Source: an uncultured delta proteobacterium (GTDB taxonomy: Bacteria > Desulfobacterota > Binatia > UBA9968). From it: a stretch of DNA of 64,000 bases. The position numbers and the translations under genes were made by a program. The notes below the pieces were generated by a model, which was not told the DNA's origin, made no database searches, and saw nothing but the letters and a program-made list of their open reading frames with translations. The stretch spans positions 192,001-256,000 of the forward strand of contig CAVSHR010000002.1 of NCBI GenBank assembly GCA_963727625.1, in the 5' to 3' direction. Shown one piece after another: positions 1 to 9,808 of the stretch. Position 1 is the first letter of the stretch, and each line of letters begins with the position of its first letter.

Positions 1-2
1 TC

Positions 3-814
3 CACAACAGCCAAGCAGCAAAGAGCGGGCCCAAGCCGACCGTCATCGCGTTGCATGGATTCCGCGATCCGGGACAGGCTATGACCGCAGAGGGGCAGCT
101 CGACCGCATCGCCTGGCGGAAGCTTGATGAGGTTGCCTCACAGGAGGACTTCATCACCATATACCCCGGAGCCATCAACGGCCGATGGAATTACACCGGC
201 ACCTCAGCGCCTGTTCGTGCAGGTGCCGGCATCGCGGACGACATCGGCTTTATCTCTAAGGTGATCGATCAATTGCGCTTGGAGAAGATTTCCGACGGTA
301 GGCGGATCTACCTCTTCGGCTTCTCCCGCGGCGCTTTCATGACCTTCGAAATGTTATGCCGTGCGGCAGACTATTTCGCGGCCGCAGCAACCATGGCCGG
401 GAGCATGTTGGAAGCGCAGCGTGACGCCTGTAGGCCCGTCCGAGCAGTGCCGCTCGCTGTCTTCGCTGGCACGGACGACCTCAATGTGCCCTACGACGGC
501 TGGGTCTGCCAAACGGGCGTTTGCTGTCCGTTCCGGAGACGCTCGAATTCTGGCGGCAACAGCACGATTGCAAGGAACAAAGCGCTAGGCTTTTGCCGGA
601 GCAAAAGCCTTCGGGAAGCCGGGTTCGACTCGTAACATGGACAGGGTGTCGGCAGAAGGATAGCTTCAGGTTCTATCGCATCGAAGGAGGCGGGCACCAA
701 GCTCCAAGTCTGGATTTCAGCCCGCCCGAATGGATTCAAAAGTACGGCCGCCGCAATCACGACATCGAAACCGGAATCGAGGTGTGGAGATTCGTAAGCC
801 GGTTCGCGAGATGA
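3..814 (+). CDS. PHB depolymerase/LpqC-family esterase (5'-partial, one frameshift near 515-525)
   Basis: Frame open from the window start (VIALHG). GFSRG nucleophile elbow, DDIGFI and GTDDLNVPYDG in ORF 51-635; C-terminus IEGGGH...EVWRFVSRF in ORF 521-814. Confidence 0.75.
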
Positions 815-895
815 TCGCAGCGACCCTCAACCGTGTGGCATCATTTGCTGGATCTGCTCTTAGGATGGGAAAAAAGGGGATATCCTGAAGCCATC

Positions 896-954
896 GGTTA
901 ACCAATAGCTTCAACCGACGCGGAATACGCGCGGCTGATTTTGGATCGTTACCG
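896..954 (+). repeat. attC-like site (degenerate)
   Basis: GGTTAAC...GTTACCG outer boxes with inner stem CAACCG-A-CGCG/CGCG-CGGCTG containing an unpaired base; about 80 bp after the esterase stop. Confidence 0.45.
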
Positions 955-1232
955 TGAAGTTGAATTCTCCTACGACTCAATGATTCCCCGACAGCTATCT
1001 GGATGAAAGCTTCCTCCACTGATGATTCGCGCTTCGGGTGCATAGCCCGCAATCCCACATCGCATCGTTGGTTTGAAATAAACCAGACCAACAACCGAGG
1101 CAGCCTCGTGAATCGGGTAAACGTGATCGCTATTGTGGGGCGGCTCTCCGACTTGGAGCGTTGAAGCACATATGAAACGAGAGAAATTATAAGCGAGCGG
1201 ACAAAGTAGGGGCGCTGATCGCTGTGCCTTTT

Positions 1233-1793
1233 CTACTGAAAGGTGATCATATCCGTGCGGCTCAAGGTTGAGGCTTTCGCCTTCAGCGGTTCGTTCGTGG
1301 CGTTGGCGCTATTCTGATTCAATATTTGGAATTGGCCGATCGCCACCTCGTAGTCCGTTGCGGCCATGCTGGCATCTGTGGGCACGACGACGGTGTATCC
1401 CCGCAGCGTCGCTCCGACCGAGGTATAGACCACCGAGCCGCTGACCTTCCAGCCAGTAAGAATCACCGTCGTGATTCCCTTGGCCTTCAGCATATTGTCG
1501 AGATCCGTGTTGTAGAATCTGTCCTGACCGTACGACTTAACGATAGGGTCGCCCGGAGCGGGAGCCACCTCCAGCATCCAATTCGAGCTCTCCGGCTCCC
1601 GGGTAGAATACAGGACGAACATGCCGGCTTTTCTTGCGCGCGTCAGCAGTGAGGCGAGGGCCGGGACCATTATTCCAGTACAATTTGGCTGGCTTTTGCA
1701 AATACGGTCGATCATGTCGAACACCAACAAAGCCGTTGTCGTGGGTTTGAGGGCGACTGCGACCGGGTCGGAAAGGGCCGGTATTTGCGTCAT
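1233..1793 (-). CDS. Isochorismatase-family (cysteine hydrolase fold) protein
   Basis: TALLVFDM, D-x-F-x-x-T-x-L, GITTVILTG and GYTVVVPTDA motifs. The usual catalytic Cys position reads SGSV. Confidence 0.8.
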   Translation of the reverse strand: MTQIPALSDPVAVALKPTTTALLVFDMIDRICKSQPNCTGIMVPALASLLTRARKAGMFVLYSTREPESSNWMLEVAPAPGDPIVKSYGQDRFYNTDLDNMLKAKGITTVILTGWKVSGSVVYTSVGATLRGYTVVVPTDASMAATDYEVAIGQFQILNQNSANATNEPLKAKASTLSRTDMITFQ

Positions 1794-1994
1794 GTTCGAT
1801 TCTCCGGATGCGGGTTTCGTGAAAATACAATCACCACAGCGCCCACAATTCCGCGCCTATAGGAAATTTGCAACACCCTTTATCTCTTACGAGACGAATA
1901 TCGCCGAAGGGGGAAGGTGTCAATTACATCGTTTAGTGGAAACCGCATTGCATGCCGCGCTGATCCATGGAAGATTAGCGGCGGTATCTGATTC

Positions 1995-3188
1995 ATGCCG
2001 GTTAAAATTCTCGAAAATCTAACGGTGGTCGAATGCGCGACTTTTGTCACCGGGCCATACGCCGCGGCGCTGCTCGGTGATCTTGGCGCGCGGTTGATCA
2101 AGATCGAGTCACCGCCCGAGGGCGATCCGTACCGTTACTTCGCGCCGGACCGGTTTTTCAGTTTCAATTTTGCTCATCTCAATCGCAACAAAGAAAGCCT
2201 GGTGCTCGATCTCAAGACCACCGAGGGCAAAGAGATTTGCCTCAAGCTGCTCAAAACCGCGGACGTATTCATCGAAAACTTCCGCCCCGGAACGGCGGAT
2301 CGCCTCGGCATCGGTTACGATCACTTGCGCGGCGACAACCCGAAGCTTGTCTATTGCTCGATCTCGGCGTTCGGCCAGAGCGGGCCCTACGCAGAGAAAC
2401 CGGGCTTCGATACCTTGGGACAGGCGATGAGCGGTTTGCTAAGCTTGCTGAGCGATGCCGATGACCCGAAGGTGATGGGCATGGCGGTGTCCGATTACGT
2501 GACCGGACTTTCCGCGGCTTACGGCATTCTCGGTGCGCTGCTCGCCCGCGCAAATAGCGGCCAAGGCTGCCGTGTGGAAACATCGCTGCTGCAATCGACG
2601 ATTTCTTTTATCGGCGAAACCGCCGCGGGGTATCTGCGCACGGGTAACGTGCCCAACCGCATGGCGCGGGTGATAAACGCCCATGCCTTTGCTTTCGTCT
2701 GCAAAGACGGCCGGCCATTGGCGATTCATTGCTCGGTGCCGGAAAAATTCTGGCTCGCGCTGCTCAAAGCCGCCGAGCGCATGGATATCGCGGCCGATGA
2801 CCGCTTCAAAAGCCGCGACGAGCGGCGGCAGAATTTCGAGGCGCTCGAACGGGAGCTGGCACAGACATTCAAGAAAAAATCGCGCGATGAATGGTTGAAA
2901 ATTCTCGAAGCGAACGACGTGCCGGCGGTGCCGCTTTATAATGTCGCCGAGGTCCTCGACGATCCGCAGGTCAAGCATCTGGGCCTCATCGAGGAACTCG
3001 ATCATCCCCAAGCCGGCGCGCTAAAGTTCGTCGGCGGTCCGGTACATTTTGACAATCTCGCCCGGACGGCCTCGGCACCGCCACCACTGGTGGGCGAACA
3101 GAGCGGGAAAATTCTCGGTGAGCTGGGCTATTCAAACGAAGCGATTCGTGATCTCGCCGCGCGCGGCATTACCCGAACCCTGCCGTAA
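1995..3188 (+). CDS. CoA-transferase family III (CaiB/BaiF)
   Basis: GPYAAALLGDLGA, NRNKESLVLDLK, DVFIENFRPG and GFDTLGQAMSG motifs; 397 aa. Confidence 0.93.
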   Translation: MPVKILENLTVVECATFVTGPYAAALLGDLGARLIKIESPPEGDPYRYFAPDRFFSFNFAHLNRNKESLVLDLKTTEGKEICLKLLKTADVFIENFRPGTADRLGIGYDHLRGDNPKLVYCSISAFGQSGPYAEKPGFDTLGQAMSGLLSLLSDADDPKVMGMAVSDYVTGLSAAYGILGALLARANSGQGCRVETSLLQSTISFIGETAAGYLRTGNVPNRMARVINAHAFAFVCKDGRPLAIHCSVPEKFWLALLKAAERMDIAADDRFKSRDERRQNFEALERELAQTFKKKSRDEWLKILEANDVPAVPLYNVAEVLDDPQVKHLGLIEELDHPQAGALKFVGGPVHFDNLARTASAPPPLVGEQSGKILGELGYSNEAIRDLAARGITRTLP

Positions 3189-3663
3189 ACAACCATCACT
3201 CACGCCAATGCCGGGCAGCTAGGCGGCGGCTCGAATATGAAAAAATTATCTGCAGCGCCGATCATCCCTTGACGCCGACGCTCGTCGACGGCGCCGGCGC
3301 AAGCTCGCACTTGTGGGCGGCGATTACGGTGAGCGTGGCGGCGCTCGGCGCCAGCGCGATTTTGGATGTGGCCAGCCGCAGCAAGTTTTCCAACGTCATG
3401 GAATTCTCCAGCGTCTTGAAACCCATCGAGGCGGACTTGGTGCCGACGATTTCCATCGATCAATTCATCAACAACACGCAAAAGCTCAAACCCGAGCTCG
3501 ACGCGCTGGCGCAAAAAGCCAGACCCGTGCAGCCGTGAATCGATCGTCGAGTTGTTACAACGGATCGCGGTTTGACTTAGAATTGACCACTGGCTAGTGT
3601 ACCGAAGATTTTTCGTTTAAGGTTTAATGGTTCAAGCGTTCAAAAGTCGGAAGGGCATCAAAC

Positions 3664-4665
3664 ATGATTTACGACGTTGAAATCAATTCGGCGGCGCACT
3701 ATCCGGCGGCCGAAGTGCCGGGATTGGTCGTCTTGGCAGAGCAGGTCGGCTTCGGCGCGTTCTGGAAAGGCGAGTCCAACAGCACCGATCCGATGGTCAT
3801 GCTCTCGGCGGTGGCGAGCCGGACCAATACCATCAAGCTAGGCACGGCGATCTACCATATTTACGGCCGCAGCCCGGTGACGCTCGGCATTCAATCCGCG
3901 ACGCTGCAGGATCTTTCCGGCGGGCGGTTCCTGCTCGGCCTCGGCGTGGCCAACAAGGCGATCGCCGGCTGGCATGGCGGCGTATTCGACCGGCCCTTGA
4001 AAAGAGCGCGCGAGTATATCGACATCGTGCGCAAAGTCGCCGCCGGCGAGCGGGTCGAGTACGGGGGCGAAATTTATCAGACCGGCAAGCGCTTTCAGCT
4101 TTCTTGGAAGCCGAGCCATCCGAATTTGCCGGTTTATCTCGCCGGTCTCGGGCCGCAGATGACCAAGCTGGTCGGCAAAATTTCCGACGGCGTGTTCATC
4201 AATATGGCGACGCCGGCCAAGGTCAAAGAAATCGCCGCGCGGGTGCGCGAGGGCGCCATCGAGGCCGGGCGCGACCCGAGCAAGATCGAGATCATCGCCA
4301 AGTCACGCGTGTCGCTCAACCCGGACAAAAACTTGGCGCGATCCAAGCTGCGCCAGGTGCTGACCTTTTATAATATCGCCGATCACTACAGCGACATGCT
4401 GCGCGGCATGGGCTTCGAAAAGGAAGTGGGCGCGATCCACGAGGCGTTTCAAAAAGGCGGCTTCAAGGCAGCGATGGGCGCGTTGACCGATGAATATATG
4501 GATAAGCTCCCCGTCGTCCCTGCCAGTGATATCAAAGAGATCAAAGAAAAAATGAAAGCCTTCGAGGAGGCGGGCGCCACGCGTATGGTGATTCCCTACG
4601 TGCCGGTGACCGAGCCGGTGGTGGAAGACGCGCGGCGATTTTTGGAGGCGTGGGGCAATGCATAG
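3664..4665 (+). CDS. LLM-class flavin/F420-dependent oxidoreductase
   Basis: AEQVGF...DP, IKLGTAI, TLQDLSGGRFLLGLG and PVYLAGLGPQM motifs. Confidence 0.9.
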   Translation: MIYDVEINSAAHYPAAEVPGLVVLAEQVGFGAFWKGESNSTDPMVMLSAVASRTNTIKLGTAIYHIYGRSPVTLGIQSATLQDLSGGRFLLGLGVANKAIAGWHGGVFDRPLKRAREYIDIVRKVAAGERVEYGGEIYQTGKRFQLSWKPSHPNLPVYLAGLGPQMTKLVGKISDGVFINMATPAKVKEIAARVREGAIEAGRDPSKIEIIAKSRVSLNPDKNLARSKLRQVLTFYNIADHYSDMLRGMGFEKEVGAIHEAFQKGGFKAAMGALTDEYMDKLPVVPASDIKEIKEKMKAFEEAGATRMVIPYVPVTEPVVEDARRFLEAWGNA

Positions 4666-4762
4666 GCAACACGCGCGAGTTTTAAATTCTAAGATTGCAA
4701 AGAAGGGGCGCGGTACACCGTGCCCCTCTTTATTGGGCCGCAAGCGCCTCAGCGCCCGCCTA

Positions 4763-5152
4763 CTATACCAGCTGTGCTCTTTGTTCAAGCAAAATTCTTT
4801 TCAAAATCGACCTGTGGCAGCGGCTCTCGTCTTCGCAATAGCAGCCCACCGAAAAATTCGTTTGCTGTGACAGGGCGGCTAGCAATGCGATGATCCGCCT
4901 AGTGTCCGGCTTAGCCATCTCGCGCCGATAGCGCCGCTCGAAGACGGCCCAGCGCTTCGGCGTCAAAGGTTCCGAAAACACCCAGGAAACCAGCTCCGCG
5001 CTCGGAGCAAGTTCCGGCAGCCACAGGTCGTAAAAATCGCGCCGCGCATAATCCGCCTTACGCACGCCGCGCGGCGGCCGGCGTACCGTGCCGATGCGCA
5101 GACCTTCGTCTTTGTGACGCTTCGTTCCCAGCTTTACGATACGAATCGCCAT
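4763..5152 (-). CDS. DUF488/YeaO-family protein
   Basis: RRPPRGVRK, WLPELAPSAEL and CYCEDESRCHRSIL. Start trimmed to ATG 5152. Confidence 0.85.
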   Translation of the reverse strand: MAIRIVKLGTKRHKDEGLRIGTVRRPPRGVRKADYARRDFYDLWLPELAPSAELVSWVFSEPLTPKRWAVFERRYRREMAKPDTRRIIALLAALSQQTNFSVGCYCEDESRCHRSILKRILLEQRAQLV

Positions 5153-5226
5153 TGTGTTGAACTTTTCCACCCGAGTTCCGACACGCAACCGGCTGCTTGA
5201 CGATTTGGGTCCGGACCGGACGGTGA

Positions 5227-6390
5227 CTAATGCCAAAGCTGCTTGGTCGCCAGGCGGGCGCCCTCCGCCATCGCCTTGAATTTTGCCCACACGATCCTCG
5301 GGTGGACTTCCGGGTTGTACGTCGCCTGGGACGAAAATCCGCAGTCGCTGCCGGCGATCACGCTTTCCCGCCCGACAAGTTTGGCGTAGCGAGTGATTCG
5401 CTCGGCGATGAGCTCCGGATGCTCGACGATATTGCTCGCGTGGGTGATGACTCCCGGAATCAGCATTTTGCCTTCCGGTAGCTTCGCCGTCTCCCAGACG
5501 TGGTACTCGTGCTCGTGGCGCGCGTTGGCGGCCTCGAAAGCATAAGCGCCGGCGTTGACTTTCAAGATAAGATCCACGATGTCTTTCAGCGGCGCATCGT
5601 GTACTCGCGGGCCTTCGTTGATGCCGTAGCAGGTGTGAAAGCGGATTTTCTCAGGTGGAATGCCGCGAATGGCGTGATTCAGCGCCTCGATTGATTGTTC
5701 CGCCAGCTTGCGCCGTTCGGCCGGAGTCAGCGACGGATCCTGGCTGTGGACTTCCGTGAGCCAGGGATCGTCGATCTGTAATACAAAGCCCGCATCGACG
5801 ATCGCCTGATATTCATTCCGGAGCGCATCGCCGACCGCGTGCAGATACTCCTCGTCGCTGCGGTAATACTCGTTGCTGCCGACGCCGCTCGGCGCCACGG
5901 CGGGCATGAAAGCATCTTCGACCTGCAGGCCGACGAGCGCGGCTTTGAGATTTTCAATGTCTTGGCGGATCGCGTCGTGGCCGCGATAAGCGATCGGGCC
6001 GGTGCACACCATCGGCGTGCGCGGTATGATACTTCCGCCCATCATGCGCCGCTTAAAATAATTTTCGTAGTATTCCGGAAACGTCTCCACCTCCGCGGCC
6101 CACTGCTTCCAACCGCCCGGCGGCGGCGTCTTCGCTTCGAACCCGCTCAGCCGCTCGCGCACATAGGCAAAGAATCCCGGCTTCCCCTGCTCGCCGTCGG
6201 TGACGACGTCGATGCCGCTTCCGATCTGTTCACGAACCGCGTCCGCGACCGCGGCTCGGACGCTGTCGCCGTAGGCGATCGGGTCGTAAGACTCCTTGTT
6301 CAATCTGGCTTTCATCAAATCAAGCAGGGCCTTGGGCCGCGCCAGACTGCCGCAATGAGTGGTGAGAACGCGATCGGTACTATGCTTCAT
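5227..6390 (-). CDS. Cobalamin-independent methionine synthase II family (MetE C-terminal-like) protein
   Basis: TTHCGSLARP, DVVTDGE, LQIDDP, zinc ligands HTC and SDCGF, and VEHPELIAERI. Confidence 0.9.
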   Translation of the reverse strand: MKHSTDRVLTTHCGSLARPKALLDLMKARLNKESYDPIAYGDSVRAAVADAVREQIGSGIDVVTDGEQGKPGFFAYVRERLSGFEAKTPPPGGWKQWAAEVETFPEYYENYFKRRMMGGSIIPRTPMVCTGPIAYRGHDAIRQDIENLKAALVGLQVEDAFMPAVAPSGVGSNEYYRSDEEYLHAVGDALRNEYQAIVDAGFVLQIDDPWLTEVHSQDPSLTPAERRKLAEQSIEALNHAIRGIPPEKIRFHTCYGINEGPRVHDAPLKDIVDLILKVNAGAYAFEAANARHEHEYHVWETAKLPEGKMLIPGVITHASNIVEHPELIAERITRYAKLVGRESVIAGSDCGFSSQATYNPEVHPRIVWAKFKAMAEGARLATKQLWH

Positions 6391-6443
6391 AGTTGCATTT
6401 CCTCTGCGGAAACGGAGCCGCCGGTCTCAATCCGATCCTGATG

Positions 6444-6857
6444 TCAGAGCGAGCTGCCGTCGGGGTAGATCATGAACTCCAGAAGATTGGAGTCCGGGTC
6501 GCGCAAGTAGACGCTCGTGGCTTTGGCGCGGCCGTTGTCACGCCCGCCCACGCGCTCCACCGGGCCTTCGATGATTTTGGCGCCGGCCTGATCGAGCATG
6601 GCGCGCAGCGACTCGGCCGAGCCTTCCCAAACGAAGCAGAAATCGCCGCAGCCGGGCACTGCCGTCGGCCCGCGCAGCGTGAAATTTCCGCTCTGCCATC
6701 TCTCGGGAGCGTGAAAATTGATCTTCTGATCGCCGAAGTGGACCGAATAAAAATGCTCCCGTTCCTTAACGCCGAATCCCAGCGCGCGATAAAAGGCCAG
6801 CATCGCGGTCGTGTTCTGAATAGGTATCGCAACGTGGTCAAAGCTTCGGATTGGCAT
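6444..6857 (-). CDS. VOC/glyoxalase-family protein
   Basis: FDHVAI, FYRALG, GPVERVGG and SVYLRDPDSNLLEF. Confidence 0.88.
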   Translation of the reverse strand: MPIRSFDHVAIPIQNTTAMLAFYRALGFGVKEREHFYSVHFGDQKINFHAPERWQSGNFTLRGPTAVPGCGDFCFVWEGSAESLRAMLDQAGAKIIEGPVERVGGRDNGRAKATSVYLRDPDSNLLEFMIYPDGSSL

Positions 6858-6928
6858 TGTGATAGGCTCCTGCCTTGGAAGTACGCTTGCTATTCCCCAT
6901 CCGGTAAAACCCACTATAAGCGTAGGCT

Positions 6929-6989
6929 AGCTAACGATTGGCGATTGAGCGGCCCCGCTTTCAACAACCCGCTCCACCCGATATTAGGC
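6929..6989 (-). repeat. attC-like site
   Basis: Minus strand GCCTAAT-ATCGGGTGGAGCGG...CCGCTCAATCGCCAATC-GTTAGCT; 20 bp downstream of the stop of ORF 7009-7524. Confidence 0.6.
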
Positions 6990-7008
6990 CTTTTGTTCTC
7001 GCGAGAGA

Positions 7009-7524
7009 CTATGATTCATACTCAGCAGCACCAAACAGATGATGTTTCATTAAGCCGCTATAGTTGTCCCATGCAATCTTTCGCACCTTTTCGCGGATAC
7101 GTTTACAAACTTTGAGTTCGTCGTCTGTCCAGTCTGGTCGCTCAAGGTATACGCGGCGTTCTATATTGGAACTAATGGGCTCGATGATTTCGTAGTAATA
7201 GAGTCGTGCGATCGGTAGCTGCTCTTGCCGAGCTTGATCAAGAACAACGAATGTCAAACCACCGGGTCGTATCGTCGGTACAATTTCCGCATGCGGTAGC
7301 CGGACTGGTGTTGCCTGTGGAATTCGGCTCCTCAACATTGCATTTAACGCATCCAGATCGACCCTAAGGTCTGGATCCAACTCGACTGCTGGAATTTGCA
7401 CCACTTGTTCTCGGAGTTCGTGCTCACCACTATAATGATAGCCGTACCGAACTTCCAAGCCGCCCGGCTCAAAGCACTGGATGCCATAGTCCAAATGGAT
7501 GTTCAATTGATGTTTCAAGGCCAT
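7009..7524 (-). CDS. Hypothetical protein (putative gene cassette)
   Basis: 171-aa ORF with ATG start, lower GC than its neighbours, followed by an attC-like site; no family recognised. Confidence 0.6.
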   Translation of the reverse strand: MALKHQLNIHLDYGIQCFEPGGLEVRYGYHYSGEHELREQVVQIPAVELDPDLRVDLDALNAMLRSRIPQATPVRLPHAEIVPTIRPGGLTFVVLDQARQEQLPIARLYYYEIIEPISSNIERRVYLERPDWTDDELKVCKRIREKVRKIAWDNYSGLMKHHLFGAAEYES

Positions 7525-7722
7525 TTAATTTCCGTCGGACTGTATACGCTACTCGTCGTAAGATCGGTGTCAGGCATTTATATAATTTCCGGGGACATAG
7601 TACCAATTTTACATCGTGCCCAAGCTTTCCAGGCTTCTAACAAAGTCCGTGGTTTTCGTGCCCATCCTCGTTTTCCGGTTTTTTCAAACCCTCTGCAGGC
7701 GGCGCTCAATAGTCGCGTGATA

Positions 7723-7941
7723 TTACGCTCTGCTTCCAGGCCCGCGGGAAGTCGGTTTGTTTTCTTTTGTAATCCTGATGAGAAAGCGCAGTGCTTCATT
7801 CACCGCGTCCGCCGTTGGGAACGCTTCTGCAACGTCAGACTCTAGACGGACCACCGAGCCTCCGAAACTCTTTCGACCAGGGCCAAACCGGCGGACCGGC
7901 AAACTCTTGAGGTCGTATTCTGGCCGCAACTTATCTGCCAT
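7723..7941 (-). CDS. Small antitoxin-like protein (BrnA/CopG-like, no toxin partner seen)
   Basis: LRPEYDL...VRLESDVAEAFPTADAVNEALRFLI pattern typical of small proteins found beside BrnT toxins. Confidence 0.6.
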   Translation of the reverse strand: MADKLRPEYDLKSLPVRRFGPGRKSFGGSVVRLESDVAEAFPTADAVNEALRFLIRITKENKPTSRGPGSRA

Positions 7942-8001
7942 AACTACTCTACCCTATAGAAGTAATCGGGAGCGTAAAAATCCACGTAGAGTTATCCGAC
8001 T

Positions 8002-8340
8002 TTACCGCACAAGATAGTCGCTTAACGTTTTGAGAAGCTTTTTATGCCTCGCAGCAGTAATGAAGCCGATGGATCCGGCAATTCTGCTACTGGGCAATAC
8101 GGCCAGAAATCCGAGCCTCACCAATGATTCTGATTTCAAACCGGTTGACGTGAAATCCGGGTCGGAAGGTGAAATGACTTCGTCGAAGTCTTTGACCTGC
8201 TGATGCAGTTGCGTGCTTACGCCACAGACAAGAAAATCCTTGTAGGGTGGCATCTCGCGTAGGATTACTGCGGGTCGGGTCTTGAGGGTCCCGTCAGCTT
8301 GAGGAACCGGAGTGAGAATTACGTCGCCTTCCTTCATCAT
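8002..8340 (-). CDS. Type II toxin, PemK/MazF family
   Basis: MKEGDVILTPVPQADG-LKTRPAVIL...CGVST. Confidence 0.85.
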   Translation of the reverse strand: MMKEGDVILTPVPQADGTLKTRPAVILREMPPYKDFLVCGVSTQLHQQVKDFDEVISPSDPDFTSTGLKSESLVRLGFLAVLPSSRIAGSIGFITAARHKKLLKTLSDYLVR

Positions 8341-8563
8341 ATTCAGGATTCGCCTCCCTGATGGAATCTAACGAATACTCCTCCTCGTTAGGGGCGTAAG
8401 CATTTTCGAGACCCGATCCAGATAGACGCGACCATGAGTCATGATCGGCGTCATGATTCCCTAACACGGTAACAATAAGTTTGGTATTTGGTTCCAGCTC
8501 GACGGGCTCGTCCAAAAGTATGCGTTCGCCGTCAAAATGAGCGGGAATTGAAACGTTACTCAT
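8294..8563 (-). CDS. Putative antitoxin of the PemK toxin
   Basis: Small acidic ORF (AHFDGERILLDEPVELEPNTKLIVTV) directly upstream of and overlapping the toxin. Confidence 0.7.
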   Translation of the reverse strand: MSNVSIPAHFDGERILLDEPVELEPNTKLIVTVLGNHDADHDSWSRLSGSGLENAYAPNEEEYSLDSIREANPEYDEGRRRNSHSGSSS

Positions 8564-8690
8564 GATTTAACCTCCGGCGTTCTCCTAGCATTTATTCCGT
8601 GCTGATTCTCCGATGCATGAAGCCCATACTTTCTCATTGACCCAAGGTAACACGTTTTTCGAAACGAGGGTATTGTCAACAGCATTGTGG

Positions 8691-8795
8691 GCTCAACGCA
8701 ATGGGTCAAATAGCCGTCGTGGCACTTCCCAACCGTTGATAAATTTCCGTCGCTAAAATCTCGCATCGCGGTCTGCTCGAACCGCGCTTGATGGC
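8691..8795 (-). repeat. attC-like site (long, degenerate)
   Basis: Minus strand GCCATCAAGCGCGGTTCGAGCAGACCGCG...CGACGGCTATTTGACCCATTGC-GTTGAGC, starting about 10 bp after the TGA at 8806. Confidence 0.4.
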
Positions 8796-8805
8796 GCTCG
8801 AGCGA

Positions 8806-8930
8806 TCAGGCGTATTTCTTAACTGCATTCTCGATGGCGCCGCCGGCCTTGGCTAGATTGTCCGGTATCATGACCGGATGGAACGCTGGCATTGAACGCG
8901 AGGAACGACGGCTCGGCGATGGCTGTGGAT
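8806..8930 (-). pseudogene. C-terminal remnant of a small hypothetical protein similar to 32047-32352
   Basis: AIAEPSFLAFNASV / FHPVMIPDNLAKAG over two frames, compared with LAEPWFLTFGADVEFHVVMSPEDLKEAG in 32047-32352. Confidence 0.55.
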
Positions 8931-8945
8931 TTGCGAGGCACACCT

Positions 8946-9476
8946 CTATCCTTCGTTGAAGAAAGGATCTCGCAAGGCGGGATTTCTGAGCTTCGCCGCC
9001 GCACCGGCTCCGGTGACCGGGAGGCCGGTCGGGTCGAGGAGGCCAATTTGCACCAACACGTTCGCCTGGTCCCAGATGATGTGCTCGTAGGAAACCTTGT
9101 CGCCCTCTATTCCGACGATCACGACAAAGACCACTTCGACACGCTTGCCGGTAGGCTTGATGCCTGGGAGCATCCAATCGATCTTGGTGGTGTGGGTAAA
9201 GGAAATGATGAGCTCATCGACAAGCCGCTCGTTGCTGTAGGTCCGCGAGATCGACTCGAACTTTACGTCGGGCGGAAAAAACTGGCCGATCAACCGTTTC
9301 GCGTAAAACGTTCGGACGCCCTCCGGGCCCTGACCTCCCACCATCGTCGGCACGTTCACGAGATGCGGATTGGGTGCCATCGTCGCCAACGTCTTGTCGA
9401 GGTTGCCGGAGAGTTCCGCGTCCATATGAGCTTGGAAGATGGCATCGAGCTTCTGCTGCAGATTGGGATCGGCCAC
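8946..9476 (-). CDS. SnoaL-like/ester cyclase (NTF2-like) protein
   Basis: TLATM..NPHLVNVPTMVGG.G, WMLPGIKPTGKRVEV and EHIIWDQANVLVQIGLL. Confidence 0.85.
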   Translation of the reverse strand: MADPNLQQKLDAIFQAHMDAELSGNLDKTLATMAPNPHLVNVPTMVGGQGPEGVRTFYAKRLIGQFFPPDVKFESISRTYSNERLVDELIISFTHTTKIDWMLPGIKPTGKRVEVVFVVIVGIEGDKVSYEHIIWDQANVLVQIGLLDPTGLPVTGAGAAAKLRNPALRDPFFNEG

Positions 9477-9722
9477 GGCTGGTCCTCCTTTTTGGGTAGT
9501 GTTGCATGAGAGCAGGCTGCCTGCCGCTACGGCGGCAAGGCCAAATATAACCGTTCGTCTAGTGACGTCGTCGATTATTAGCTTCTATGTTACCCGATCA
9601 CCGCATCCGGGTATAGGAAGAAACTCATGCCGAGAGTGCCGCGGTTGACGACCGCGTTTGCGTCGGACGATTTCGACCGGGACTTCTCGTGACCCTCAAC
9701 GGCCAGGACCTTGGAATTGTAT

Positions 9723-9780
9723 GCCCATCGTTCCGGTTCAGAGGCGGCGAAACGCCATCCGCTGCAACCGGTTGTTAGCG
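9723..9780 (-). repeat. attC site
   Basis: Minus strand CGCTAAC-AACCGGTTGCAGCGGATGGCG-TTT-CGCCGCCTCTGAACCGGAAC-GATGGGC. Classic 58-bp hairpin with extrahelical bases; the GTT core reads GAT. Lies 28 bp after the FNT stop. Confidence 0.75.
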
Positions 9781-9808
9781 GGTGACTCGGCCGAACCTAA
9801 GTCGTGCT

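Noticed and set aside
717-1169. 150-aa minus-strand ORF
   Set aside because: No motif, weak start, and it overlaps the esterase end and the attC-like elements.
9545-9551. Further attC/attI core (ATATAAC)
   Set aside because: No partner box or convincing hairpin was found.
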